Virus record (IMG/VR): IMGVR_UViG_3300044580_000104
Coordinates: 1-43,741 of that record
DNA length: 43,741 bases
DNA from: a virus
Lineage: Duplodnaviria > Caudoviricetes
Direction: 5' to 3' (one strand)
The notes under the pieces were generated by a model. That model did no database searches. It was not told the DNA's origin and was given only the letters and a program-made list of their open reading frames with translations. Position numbers and translations under genes: made by a program. Shown here piece after piece: positions 1-8,508 of the stretch (position 1 is its first letter; each line of letters begins with the position of its first letter).

Positions 1-54
1 ATGGTTGAGGGCCATGTGTCGCAAGACGTGAGGGTTCAAGTCCCTCCCAGCGCA
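1..54 (+). tRNA. tRNA-Leu(GAG), 3' part (5' end outside window); possible prophage att site
   Basis: Anticodon arm (c)ATGG-TTGAGGG-CCAT(G), long variable arm GTC-GCAA-GAC, T-arm GAGGG-TTCAAGT-CCCTC, acceptor 3' strand CCAGCGC-A; CCA not encoded. Confidence 0.85.
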
Positions 55-205
55 CAAAAGCAACACAGGGATGAGTAGGAAAGTATACCATGTGTGCAAA
101 ACAAGCGATTTTTTCAGGATCGCGAAAAAACAGACAAGAAAACAAGCACATGGTTTAGCCCTGAAATATTCGGTTGGTAAGGTTCAAGAAGCCGGAGTTG
201 CTGAA

Positions 206-505
206 ATGGATCAAAAAATTAGTAAGTTACAGTCGTTCAATTCCTGGGGCATGGTCACGGTGACCAACGAACAGATCACGGTCATAATGTCAGCCCTCAC
301 CCCAGACGGGAAACCGATCACTCGCACTGTCCGCAAAGACAGCGAGCACCCGCTCGGCTTCACCGGGTCCGCCTTAGTCGCCGTCGACCTGGCGGGAAAA
401 GCACAGGGTGTCCATGAAGTCGGTGAAACTGCCATAATGGGCCACCCGGACGTTGAAAAGGTCTTCCAAAGCACTTTGGAGTGGCTGCGACGGACAGCCA
501 AGTAA
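206..505 (+). CDS. Hypothetical protein (~99 aa; probable start MDQKISK)
   Basis: ORF 71..505 in track; GGAG upstream of ATG 206; no recognisable motif. Confidence 0.5.
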   Translation: MDQKISKLQSFNSWGMVTVTNEQITVIMSALTPDGKPITRTVRKDSEHPLGFTGSALVAVDLAGKAQGVHEVGETAIMGHPDVEKVFQSTLEWLRRTAK

Positions 506-567
506 AGCGGGTATTCGTCTCGGTGCACATCCTATAAAATTCTCCTAAAGCGCCAGAGACATTACCA

Positions 568-601
568 GGTGGCGGGGTGCCAGCCCCGCCACCAATTTTT
601 T
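568..601 (+). terminator. GC-rich hairpin/intrinsic terminator between convergent genes
   Basis: GGTGGCGGGG-TGCCAG-CCCCGCCACC followed by AATTTTTT. Confidence 0.7.
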
Positions 602-890
602 ATCTTCCCTTCGTGACACTCACGTATCCACCGGTTACTTGCAGATAGATCGTGTCCTCTTTCTTTCCGAGATAATAGAACAAATAGAAAATCAGTCCAA
701 TCCCGAACAAGAGCGTCCAGAGAGTTGCCGCCAAGCACGAGAAGCGCCGGGGCCGCACGAGCTGTGCAGACGTCGGGGTCTGGCTCACAACCCGATAGCC
801 AGCCTTCACGTACTTTTGGATCGCCCGCGTAAGAGCTGGATCGATCTGTCCGGTATTAGGTAACGGCTGATAGGGCTGTTGATATTGCAT
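600..890 (-). CDS. Small membrane protein co-transcribed with repressor (possible superinfection-exclusion/lysogeny protein)
   Basis: Hydrophobic segment CLAATLWTLLFGIGLIFYLFYYLG; RBS AAGGAG/AAGGA; directly downstream of repressor. Confidence 0.65.
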   Translation of the reverse strand: MQYQQPYQPLPNTGQIDPALTRAIQKYVKAGYRVVSQTPTSAQLVRPRRFSCLAATLWTLLFGIGLIFYLFYYLGKKEDTIYLQVTGGYVSVTKGR

Positions 891-899
891 TGTTTTTCC

Positions 900-1124
900 T
901 TACTCCTTTTCTTCGTTTCTCCTGAAGAGATCACCTGGTTGTATACCAAGCGCAGAACAAATACCAGAAATAGATTCCAGGGAAACCCCATGAACCCGAT
1001 TATGAACAATATTCATGACCGTCTGGTAATATACACCAGATTCATCTGCTAATTGCTTGACGGTCATACCACGGGACTTGAGAATTTCATCCAATTGAAA
1101 TTTGTAGGTAATTTGTTCTTTCAT
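900..1124 (-). CDS. Xre/Cro-C1-type HTH repressor (74 aa, start MKEQITY)
   Basis: LDEILKSRGMTVKQLADESGV..TV.NI....SLESISGICSALGIQPGDLF is a classic Xre HTH; divergent from lytic genes. Confidence 0.85.
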   Translation of the reverse strand: MKEQITYKFQLDEILKSRGMTVKQLADESGVYYQTVMNIVHNRVHGVSLESISGICSALGIQPGDLFRRNEEKE

Positions 1125-1131
1125 GTTTTTT

Positions 1132-1200
1132 ATTATAGCGCAATATTGACAATATGTTATCACCTTGACAACAAAATAGAAAAGTGATAATATATTATCA
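1132..1200. promoter_or_regulatory. Divergent promoter/operator region (genetic switch)
   Basis: Perfect palindrome TGATAATATATTATCA (1185-1200) and 2-mismatch copy TGACAATATGTTATCA (1147-1162); rightward TTGACA(1165-1170)-17 nt-TAATAT; leftward TATAAT (1137-1132) 7 nt before repressor ATG. Confidence 0.8.
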
Positions 1201-1245
1201 TAAACACGGGGCTGGCACCCCGAAAACTCAAAACAGGAGAATTTT

Positions 1246-1794
1246 ATGGAAAGCGAGCTGTACGCAAAACTTGAAAGTCTCTCAACACCACTGCACCAGA
1301 TCGCAGCAAAGTACGCAACAAGCGAGGTAGACGCGCAAGACATCTACCAATGCATCATCGAGAAAGCTCTCAAAACCTGTTCCCCCTCAGACACAAAATC
1401 CTATATCTGTCAGCTGGCAACTTGGACCGCTCGAAACATGGCTAATTCCGAGCGCATTTACTTGCGCTACGTGACCGTGATCGACGATCGCGAAAGCGAC
1501 GATGAGGAAGCACTGGACTTCGCGGAAATTTTTGCAGATTCATCGGCTCCTACCCCTGAAGACATGCTGATCGAGAATGAGGCGTGTGCTGAATTCCGGC
1601 GCAACCTGGTACACGTTTTCAACCGTTTGGATACTACCAACCAGCGGATCGTACTGATGTTGGCGCGCAAAGTCACCCACGACCGTATCGCTGACTCGTT
1701 GGATATTACGCGCACAGCGGTCTCCAACCGGGTACGCAAGCTGCGTGGCATCTTTCAGATGGCTGGTTTGACACCGGCTATGTTGACAGCGTAG
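1246..1794 (+). CDS. ECF-type RNA polymerase sigma factor (phage early)
   Basis: Region 2-like (IAAKYA..EVDAQDIYQ...YICQLATWTARN) and region 4 HTH (LDTTNQRIVLM..VTHDRIADSLDITRTAVSNRVRKLR); RBS AGGAGA. Confidence 0.75.
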   Translation: MESELYAKLESLSTPLHQIAAKYATSEVDAQDIYQCIIEKALKTCSPSDTKSYICQLATWTARNMANSERIYLRYVTVIDDRESDDEEALDFAEIFADSSAPTPEDMLIENEACAEFRRNLVHVFNRLDTTNQRIVLMLARKVTHDRIADSLDITRTAVSNRVRKLRGIFQMAGLTPAMLTA

Positions 1795-1806
1795 GGGGGG
1801 TGCGGA

Positions 1807-2121
1807 ATGACTGCAACCACAACCACCACCACGAAACGACCGAACGAATTACCGATCAACATTGACGAGTGGCAGCGCCTGCAAAATTACATCTGGCAGG
1901 GCCTGAACGACCGCGGGCAGCGGCTCAACAAGATCGACGTTGGCGCGATGATGTATGGCTTCTCAATAAAGTTCGATCTGGCAGCTATGTACCGGTTCTT
2001 CGACTGGGCACAGGTGAACATGCAATACCAGGACGACGAAATCTTAAACACCCTGATCCACGACCTGAATGGCCGGTTTGAAGACCCCAAGATGTTCGAC
2101 CCGCGAACAAGCAGTTATTAG
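1807..2121 (+). CDS. Hypothetical protein
   Basis: ORF in operon after sigma; G-run RBS AGGGGGGG. Confidence 0.65.
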   Translation: MTATTTTTTKRPNELPINIDEWQRLQNYIWQGLNDRGQRLNKIDVGAMMYGFSIKFDLAAMYRFFDWAQVNMQYQDDEILNTLIHDLNGRFEDPKMFDPRTSSY

Positions 2122-2133
2122 AACAGGATACCT

Positions 2134-2337
2134 ATGAATTGGATTTATTGCGAGGATCAATTACCTAAGTACGACGCAAAAGCGTCAAATGTCTATTTCG
2201 CTTCAGTCAAAATGGATGATGGAAGAACCTACGCATCCATTTGTATATACCACGGAAAAGGTAAGTGGACAAATTTAGATCTTCGCAGTATAACAGTATA
2301 CGCATGGAGCTACACGCTCCCTGCACCTGAAAGATAA
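2134..2337 (+). CDS. Small phage protein, DUF551-like
   Basis: MNWIYCEDQLP...VYAW..LP pattern typical of DUF551; RBS AGGA. Confidence 0.6.
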   Translation: MNWIYCEDQLPKYDAKASNVYFASVKMDDGRTYASICIYHGKGKWTNLDLRSITVYAWSYTLPAPER

Positions 2338-2351
2338 AACCAAGAGACACT

Positions 2352-2383
2352 AAAAGCTCCGGATCGCTCCGGGGCTTTTTTTT
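2352..2383 (+). terminator. Intrinsic terminator ending early operon
   Basis: AGCTCCGGA-TCGC-TCCGGGGCT followed by T-run. Confidence 0.85.
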
Positions 2384-2396
2384 ATACCTTACAGTT

Positions 2397-2428
2397 GGTG
2401 TCCATTTTATCCCGGCGTTTGTTGAATA
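2397..2428 (+). promoter_or_regulatory. Phage-specific promoter copy 1 (GGTGTC-N11-GGCGTTTGTT)
   Basis: GGTGTC 2397-2402, GGCGTTTGTT 2414-2423, then GAATA and RBS. Confidence 0.8.
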
Positions 2429-2442
2429 ACCAGGAGATCATT

Positions 2443-4422
2443 ATGGACGAAAAAACGATACTTTCGTTGGCTAGCTGGACAAATCCAAAAGAAGTCCAAA
2501 CCAAATACGGCCCGCGTTATCTCCGGGAAGCAGCCAAGACCGAAGCCTTCTCCGCTGCCTGGCGTGAGCATAAGGACGAAATGAAAGCCCTGGGTGCGAC
2601 CTGGACGAAGGATGAGCGCACCGGCGAGTGGTCGCTGGTCTGGTGGCAGCAGATCCCCGCGGAGGAGTTGGCCAAGCGTGCCGCCTCCGTGGAGGCAAGT
2701 CGAGCAGTATCCGCAGACATTGATCTCCCGCACCCGGACGGTCTCGACTACATGCCTTTCCAGAAGGCGGGCATCCGGTATGCACTCGACCGTGACGGCG
2801 TCCTGATCGGCGACGAAATGGGACTCGGCAAGACCATCCAGGCCATCGGCATCATAAACGCTGATCTGGCGGTCGATTCGGCCCTGGTAATCTGCCCCAA
2901 GTCTCTCAAACTGAACTGGTACCGGGAGCTGACCAAGTGGCTGACCAAGCCGCTGACAGTCGGGATCGCAGACGGCCACTGGCCCAGCACACAGATCGTG
3001 ATCGTGAACTACGAGGCCCTGGGTAAGTTCTTTGAGCTTGCCACTGAGCGCACCTGGTCGGTTTGTGTGGTCGATGAAGCCCATTACATCAAGAACAAGA
3101 AAAGTCAGCGGTCGATCAACGTCAAAGCCATTGCCCGGAAAGCTCGCCGTAATGTCCGCATGACCGGTACGCCCATCGTGAACCGGCCCATCGAACTGTA
3201 CAACATCATCTGCGACCTGCACCCTGCCTGGGCTAACTGGTGGCAGTACGCCAAGAAATACTGCAACGCCATCGACAGCGGGTACGGTCTGGATGTATCC
3301 GGCAACGCCAACCTGGACGAGTTGCAGAAAAAGCTCCGGGAAACCGTCATGGTGCGCCGGTTGAAAAAGGACGTGCTCACCGAGCTGCCGAAGAAAATCC
3401 GGCAGATCATCGAGGTCGAGTGCGACGAGACCGGCGAACGTGCAGCCGTACGAGCTGAGAGTGATTTCGAGGCCCGGAGCGAAGCGCGCCTGGCTGATCT
3501 GCGAGCTGCCGTTGAATTATCAAAAGCCGAAAGCGACGAAGCCTACCAGGCAGCCGTCGAAAGGCTGCGGGAAGCGTCCACGGCGGAGTTCACTGAAATG
3601 TCGAAGCTGCGCCATGAGACCGCGCTCGTAAAAGTGCCGGCTGTACTCGAACACGTGCGCACGATCCTTGAGGACGACGCGGATCAGAAGATATTCCTGG
3701 CCGCGCACCACCACGACGTGATCGAGCAGCTGGGCCAGGGTTTACTTGATTTCTACCCGGTCACCCTGACCGGCGAGACCAAACTGGAAGATCGGCAAAA
3801 GGCAGTCGACCGCTTCCAGACCGATCCGGCCTGCCGTGTGTTCATTGGTTCGATCACGGCAGCCGGTGTCGGTATCACCCTGACCGCGGCTAACCTGGTC
3901 ATCTTTGCTGAGCTTGACTGGGTACCTGGAAACGTTACCCAGTGCGAGGATCGTTGCCACCGTATAGGGCAGACAATGCCCGTGTTGGTCCAGCACATAG
4001 TTCTCAAGGACAGCATCGATGCCCGCATGGCCAACGTTCTTGTATCCAAGCAGGCCGTGATCGACCAGGCACTGGACGTGAAACACCCGGAACGCCAGCA
4101 GCCGGTTTATCAGCCCCGGAACGCAGCGGCCACCCACGGCGCGACTGTGGACGATCTGGCCAGCCTGGCCACAAAGATGACAGACCGCCAACGAGAAGCG
4201 GTGCAGGGCGCCCTGCGCCAGCTTGCCTTTATGGACGTCGACCACGCCAGCGAGTGGAACGGTCAGGGATTCAATAAACTGGATTCCAGGATCGGTCACG
4301 ACCTGGCAGAGCGGGGGAGTCTGACTCCAAAACAGGCAGCCCTGGGAATGCGGTTGGTCAAGAAGTACAGCAAGCAGCTGCCGGATGAGATCAACCAGGT
4401 GCTGAGAGGAGAGCAGGAGTGA
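2443..4422 (+). CDS. SNF2-family (SMARCAL1/HARP-like) helicase/ATPase
   Basis: GDEMGLGKT (motif I), DEAH (II), TGTP (III), QCEDRCHRIGQ (VI); start ATG 2443 after AGGAG. Confidence 0.9.
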   Translation: MDEKTILSLASWTNPKEVQTKYGPRYLREAAKTEAFSAAWREHKDEMKALGATWTKDERTGEWSLVWWQQIPAEELAKRAASVEASRAVSADIDLPHPDGLDYMPFQKAGIRYALDRDGVLIGDEMGLGKTIQAIGIINADLAVDSALVICPKSLKLNWYRELTKWLTKPLTVGIADGHWPSTQIVIVNYEALGKFFELATERTWSVCVVDEAHYIKNKKSQRSINVKAIARKARRNVRMTGTPIVNRPIELYNIICDLHPAWANWWQYAKKYCNAIDSGYGLDVSGNANLDELQKKLRETVMVRRLKKDVLTELPKKIRQIIEVECDETGERAAVRAESDFEARSEARLADLRAAVELSKAESDEAYQAAVERLREASTAEFTEMSKLRHETALVKVPAVLEHVRTILEDDADQKIFLAAHHHDVIEQLGQGLLDFYPVTLTGETKLEDRQKAVDRFQTDPACRVFIGSITAAGVGITLTAANLVIFAELDWVPGNVTQCEDRCHRIGQTMPVLVQHIVLKDSIDARMANVLVSKQAVIDQALDVKHPERQQPVYQPRNAAATHGATVDDLASLATKMTDRQREAVQGALRQLAFMDVDHASEWNGQGFNKLDSRIGHDLAERGSLTPKQAALGMRLVKKYSKQLPDEINQVLRGEQE

Positions 4423-4871
4423 GCCACTGGATCGACGACCGGTATAAAGATTCATACGAGCCGGGAGAGTATGACACTTACCCAGCTGATCAACTTCGCC
4501 AGCCGGTTCCGGGTGAGCCAGACCTGAAAGACGTGTTGAAACCCGGCGATTATTTTGAGGAGTGGAACACCGTTCCAGTCCACGGGCATCTCGTGATCAA
4601 GCTGTGTAAATCGCACTACCTCCATAGCGACCTGATTTTTTACAAGGTCCTCTGTATCTGCAAGGATTACGCCGCTGATAATGTTCTGATAGATCCTCAC
4701 TTGTCCGGTATCGGATTTCTAGTATACCGGTTCGGAGCCATCAGACCAATCCATGAGCGCTACAAAGAGATCTATTTCGTAAAACCGTTGCCAGATGATT
4801 GGGCGATCGGGAAAGGATTATCTGATTACTTTCATCACCTGGGCGATCCAGAACAGTTGTCTTTATTTTGA
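4419..4871 (+). CDS. Hypothetical protein with C-terminal QLSLF clamp-binding motif
   Basis: GTGA overlap with helicase stop; ends EQLSLF*. Confidence 0.65.
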   Translation: MSHWIDDRYKDSYEPGEYDTYPADQLRQPVPGEPDLKDVLKPGDYFEEWNTVPVHGHLVIKLCKSHYLHSDLIFYKVLCICKDYAADNVLIDPHLSGIGFLVYRFGAIRPIHERYKEIYFVKPLPDDWAIGKGLSDYFHHLGDPEQLSLF

Positions 4872-4884
4872 GAGGAGATTAGGA

Positions 4885-5346
4885 ATGAGATTCGCAGAAG
4901 AGGCTAATTATTTTTCAACAACTGTACATCCTGCTGCTAGCATGGGAGAAATTCAAGCCATGTTGGATGACTTCGGGGCAGACACCATCCAAACGATGAC
5001 CGGGTTCAATAACGGGAAATCGTATTGGATGATCCGCTTCAAGTGGTTGGATAAGTTTTACCGCTTTACTTTTCAGCCGCTGACATGCCAAAATCCGGAC
5101 AAACTTTTTACCATTGGCGGAAAGAAACGTACTGTGTCCGAGCAGGCAAAGTATCAAATGGGTAGGATCGCGGTGAACGCAGTCAAAGCGGTACTCACCG
5201 CTGCGGAAGCAATGCCGGGTACCCTGTACGGGTTCACCGAGCTTCCGGTTATGAACGAAGATGGTATACCGGCCATTGTTTCCGAGATTGATATTTCAAA
5301 ATTCAAAAATGCTCTGCCCGCTCCAACCAGCAAGAACGGTAAATGA
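4885..5346 (+). CDS. Hypothetical phage protein (start MRFAEEANY)
   Basis: GAGGAG RBS before ATG 4885; contiguous operon. Confidence 0.65.
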   Translation: MRFAEEANYFSTTVHPAASMGEIQAMLDDFGADTIQTMTGFNNGKSYWMIRFKWLDKFYRFTFQPLTCQNPDKLFTIGGKKRTVSEQAKYQMGRIAVNAVKAVLTAAEAMPGTLYGFTELPVMNEDGIPAIVSEIDISKFKNALPAPTSKNGK

Positions 5347-5347
5347 A

Positions 5348-5749
5348 ATGAGAGACTACGCATACCCAAACCAGTGTGGAGTTTACGAGAAAGACCAGTG
5401 CCAGGTAATCATCGGCAGCGGCGACGGCTGGTTTGTTCAGATCTTCATCGCCCAGGTCGGTGAGAGCGATTTTCGCTCATCCTACTCTTTCCGCATCAAC
5501 TACCGGGGCACCAACAGCGGTATGGGATCACTTCCAAGTATCGGCAATAAAAAGTGTAAAGACAACGACGCAGCCATGTTCAACGCAGTCTCAGCAATTC
5601 TTGATCAAATGCACTGGTACAAAAACAATCATTACAGCGTGCCGCCTGGACTCAAGCGCTGGCTGAGCACCCTTGAGCAGCCCAGCTTGTTCAATCTGGA
5701 AACGCAGCCGCTCCGACCTCTTTCCCAGAAGGTGACCAATGTACAATGA
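5348..5749 (+). CDS. Hypothetical protein (start MRDYAYP)
   Basis: ATG 2 nt after upstream stop; contains QPSLF. Confidence 0.6.
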   Translation: MRDYAYPNQCGVYEKDQCQVIIGSGDGWFVQIFIAQVGESDFRSSYSFRINYRGTNSGMGSLPSIGNKKCKDNDAAMFNAVSAILDQMHWYKNNHYSVPPGLKRWLSTLEQPSLFNLETQPLRPLSQKVTNVQ

Positions 5750-6251
5750 GTGGGCAACTCCACAGGAATTTTACGACGCGATCAATGCCAGGTTCGGGTT
5801 CACCTGTGACGTGTGTGCGCTGCCAGAAAACGCCAAACACAAGAATTACTACACCCCAGATGTAAACGGCTTGGTGCAAGCCTGGTCGGGAGTATGCTGG
5901 ATGAACCCGCCATATAACAATGTGCCGGTATGGGTAGAGAAAGCCTATCAGGAGTCGCAGCGCGGGATCACCGTTGTGGCCCTGTTGGCCAGTCGATCAA
6001 GCGAAACGGTATGGTGGCATAACTACGTGATGCGGGCAAGTGAAATCTGGTTTGTAAAAAACCGTCTGCACTTCGCCAAAGGAGGCATCCGATCCAGATC
6101 CAATCATGCCAGTACGATCGTGATTTTTACCCCGTTTTGCTCGGGTCCGCCAGTGACAAGCCAGATCAATACCCTGGGTCAGTTCATCGGCCCGGAGCGT
6201 CAGCAGCCGTCATTTGACTTTATCTACCACGATGCAACTCTTGCACAATAA
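5739..6251 (+). CDS. Phage DNA N6-adenine methyltransferase (Dam/PF05869-like)
   Basis: EWATPQEF...FTCDVCA...NGL..W..CWMNPPY...VALL..RS.ET.WWH..V...RL.F motifs. Confidence 0.88.
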   Translation: MYNEWATPQEFYDAINARFGFTCDVCALPENAKHKNYYTPDVNGLVQAWSGVCWMNPPYNNVPVWVEKAYQESQRGITVVALLASRSSETVWWHNYVMRASEIWFVKNRLHFAKGGIRSRSNHASTIVIFTPFCSGPPVTSQINTLGQFIGPERQQPSFDFIYHDATLAQ

Positions 6252-6262
6252 TTTGGTTCCTG

Positions 6263-6490
6263 ATGATTACCCAGCCATCTTTATTTCCTGACGAGCCGGA
6301 TCAAGACTTTTGGGATCATTTCAACGAGGCACCAGAGCCGTCACCGGTTCGTTTTTATTGGCCATACGATCCTCACGTGAAAGGAGTTTACGTCGGTTCC
6401 CTTGTCGTTCAAAATAAGTGCATGGTAATTGTTGAAATCGACAGCAAATGGTATGTCTTTCACCCATTCTATGTCAGACCTGACTGCTAA
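6263..6490 (+). CDS. Hypothetical protein with N-terminal QPSLF
   Basis: ORF closing the operon before terminator. Confidence 0.55.
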   Translation: MITQPSLFPDEPDQDFWDHFNEAPEPSPVRFYWPYDPHVKGVYVGSLVVQNKCMVIVEIDSKWYVFHPFYVRPDC

Positions 6491-6496
6491 GAAAAC

Positions 6497-6518
6497 GCCC
6501 CGGAAACGGGGCTTTTTT
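6497..6518 (+). terminator. Intrinsic terminator
   Basis: GCCCCG-GAAA-CGGGGC-TTTTTT. Confidence 0.9.
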
Positions 6519-6531
6519 ATTGTCACGAATT

Positions 6532-6563
6532 GGTGTCAAAAACGAATTGGCGTTTGTTGATTA
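6532..6563 (+). promoter_or_regulatory. Phage-specific promoter copy 2
   Basis: GGTGTC 6532-6537, N11, GGCGTTTGTT 6549-6558. Confidence 0.8.
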
Positions 6564-6576
6564 AGTGGAGGCTTCT

Positions 6577-7122
6577 ATGGCTGAAAAACCTGTAATTACC
6601 CGGATCGATTTAGAAGAAATTTACCGAAACCGTGTGGTTATAAAAAAGTGGTATCAGGGCTGGGATGAAGATCACCCCAGCGCCCCGAACATCGAAGAAG
6701 AATTAGACGGATACCTGCCAATCATACTCACCGAGTACGAGAAATACGGGTACACCTGCGAAATGGCAGACGCCACCCACGGACGTGCTTTGCGAGGTAC
6801 CACCACCCGGATCGACTTTATCCTCTCGACCAATGGCTGGCACATCCGGAAGTACCCGTATGGATGGACCGCCAAGACCCAGCCAATTGAGGACAAGCTG
6901 CAACCGGAATCTGTTGTGCAATCTGCAATCGCCTGGTGCAAGCAGCAGGGATGGGTAATGCGCGAATGGCCGAACGGCGCCCGCGCCTTCAAAGACAAAG
7001 AGCGTCCAGTCCGGGATGCCTCAACGATCCTGTCCATGCGCCGCACCATCGAGGCGCAGTACGCTCGTGGCGATCTGTCCTCCGGAAACATGAAATTCTA
7101 CGACTTCGCTTTTGACTACTAG
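6577..7122 (+). CDS. Hypothetical protein (start MAEKPV)
   Basis: GGAGG RBS, ATG 6577. Confidence 0.7.
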   Translation: MAEKPVITRIDLEEIYRNRVVIKKWYQGWDEDHPSAPNIEEELDGYLPIILTEYEKYGYTCEMADATHGRALRGTTTRIDFILSTNGWHIRKYPYGWTAKTQPIEDKLQPESVVQSAIAWCKQQGWVMREWPNGARAFKDKERPVRDASTILSMRRTIEAQYARGDLSSGNMKFYDFAFDY

Positions 7123-7189
7123 GAGGTATTTATCGAGTGAGATTTTTGAATTTGCCGATTCCCTAACCCTAATCACTTTGGAGAGTGAA

Positions 7190-8014
7190 ATGACTGAAAA
7201 AGATTATGCACTTGTATCCCTGTTCCACCCATCGACCGCGAAGGTGAATATCCCTCTCGACCTGGTTACGGAACTTACCGCAGACCAGGCCACAAACCTG
7301 GTCAAATCCGTGGACACCCTGATCGCTGCGGGCTTCACGGTAAACCTGCCCGGTCTGATGGACGGCGAAAATTACGAGCAGATCGGCGCGGCAGTCCGCC
7401 GCGAAAAACAGAACGACGACTCAACCGTCACGACCGTAGTCGACGTATACCCGGTCAACGGAAACTTCCGCTTGATCGGAATGTACCTGAATACCGCGGA
7501 CGACATCAAAAACTTCGAGACCGCGACTGGCCTCAAGATCGACGCCATGCCTTTGTACGACGGAGCTCCCATCGAACGCGGCAAGAACACCCGGCTCGAT
7601 AAGTTCATCGTACCGGTCAAGACCGCAGCAAAGCTGGTCTGGAAGCTAAATCCGAAATGGGAAGGCGACAACGACCAAAGGCACGCCAAGCGCTCGTTCG
7701 TGCGCTGGGATGGCCTACGCCCAGCCAACAGCGAGACCAACGGCAACGGTGAGGCGCACACGGAGCAACCGGCTCCACAACTGACAGCCCAGCCACAGCA
7801 CGCCATGACCCTCGAAGAAGCTGGGCAAACCAAGACACCAGGTGGTGCTGACATCGGCAAACTGGACGACGCGAAACTGCTCACACTGTCTACTTCTACC
7901 GCTCCGAACGTTACCCCAGTAATGCGTACGGCGGCTGGAATGATCCTACAACACAACCTTGAACTAAAGGCAAAAGCCGGAGCAGGAGTACCTAATGCCG
8001 TTCCCGCGATGTGA
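7190..8014 (+). CDS. Hypothetical protein upstream of SSB (possible recombination/annealing protein)
   Basis: GGAG RBS, ATG 7190; function inferred only from position next to ssb. Confidence 0.65.
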   Translation: MTEKDYALVSLFHPSTAKVNIPLDLVTELTADQATNLVKSVDTLIAAGFTVNLPGLMDGENYEQIGAAVRREKQNDDSTVTTVVDVYPVNGNFRLIGMYLNTADDIKNFETATGLKIDAMPLYDGAPIERGKNTRLDKFIVPVKTAAKLVWKLNPKWEGDNDQRHAKRSFVRWDGLRPANSETNGNGEAHTEQPAPQLTAQPQHAMTLEEAGQTKTPGGADIGKLDDAKLLTLSTSTAPNVTPVMRTAAGMILQHNLELKAKAGAGVPNAVPAM

Positions 8015-8402
8015 TGTTGAAGTTGTCGGAAATCTTGGGCGCGATCCGGAAAGCCGATTCACTCCGACCGGTCAACCTGTGACCAGCTTTTCAGTGGCTG
8101 TTACCCGCAAGTGGACGGACAACGACCAGCCAAAAGAAGAGACCACCTGGTACCGTGTCACCACCTGGGGAAAATTGGCCGAAGCCTGCCGGAACCTTGA
8201 AAAAGGCCAACAGGTGCTTATCAAGGGTTACTTGAAACCAGACCCAAAAACAGGCGGTCCAGTGATCTACAATCGCCAGGATGGCAGTCCAGGAGCATCT
8301 TTCGATCTTACTGCACAGGAGGTCTGGCCAAGCCTGTTCGGCAGATCGGTTCCTACCACTGCGGCAGAGCCGGCAGACGAAACCGAAGAGATTCCGTTCT
8401 AA
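7995..8402 (+). CDS. ssb: Single-stranded DNA-binding protein
   Basis: VGNLGRDPESRFTPTGQPVTSFSVAV...TTWYRVTTWGKLAE; acidic tail EEIPF. Confidence 0.95.
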   Translation: MPFPRCDVEVVGNLGRDPESRFTPTGQPVTSFSVAVTRKWTDNDQPKEETTWYRVTTWGKLAEACRNLEKGQQVLIKGYLKPDPKTGGPVIYNRQDGSPGASFDLTAQEVWPSLFGRSVPTTAAEPADETEEIPF

Positions 8403-8412
8403 GTTCAGAGAT

Positions 8413-8436
8413 AAGGGGCAAGAAATTGCCCCTTTT
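8413..8436 (+). terminator. Intrinsic terminator
   Basis: AAGGGGCAA-GAAA-TTGCCCCTT-TT. Confidence 0.8.
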
Positions 8437-8459
8437 GTCTTTTCTACAAATTATCAATC

Positions 8460-8490
8460 AATGTCCAAAACAGATCGGCGCTTGTTGTAT
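8460..8490 (+). promoter_or_regulatory. Phage-specific promoter copy 3 (variant) driving replication operon
   Basis: AATGTC 8460-8465, N11, GGCGCTTGTT 8477-8486. Confidence 0.65.
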
Positions 8491-8508
8491 CTCAAGGAGA
8501 CCAACCGA

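Noticed and set aside
211-528. Minus-strand ORF behind an AGGAGA sequence
   Set aside because: The SD-like sequence is followed by ATA at the position where the sigma leader has ATG, and the ORF overlaps the more plausible + strand gene; the sequence is better explained as antisense complementarity.
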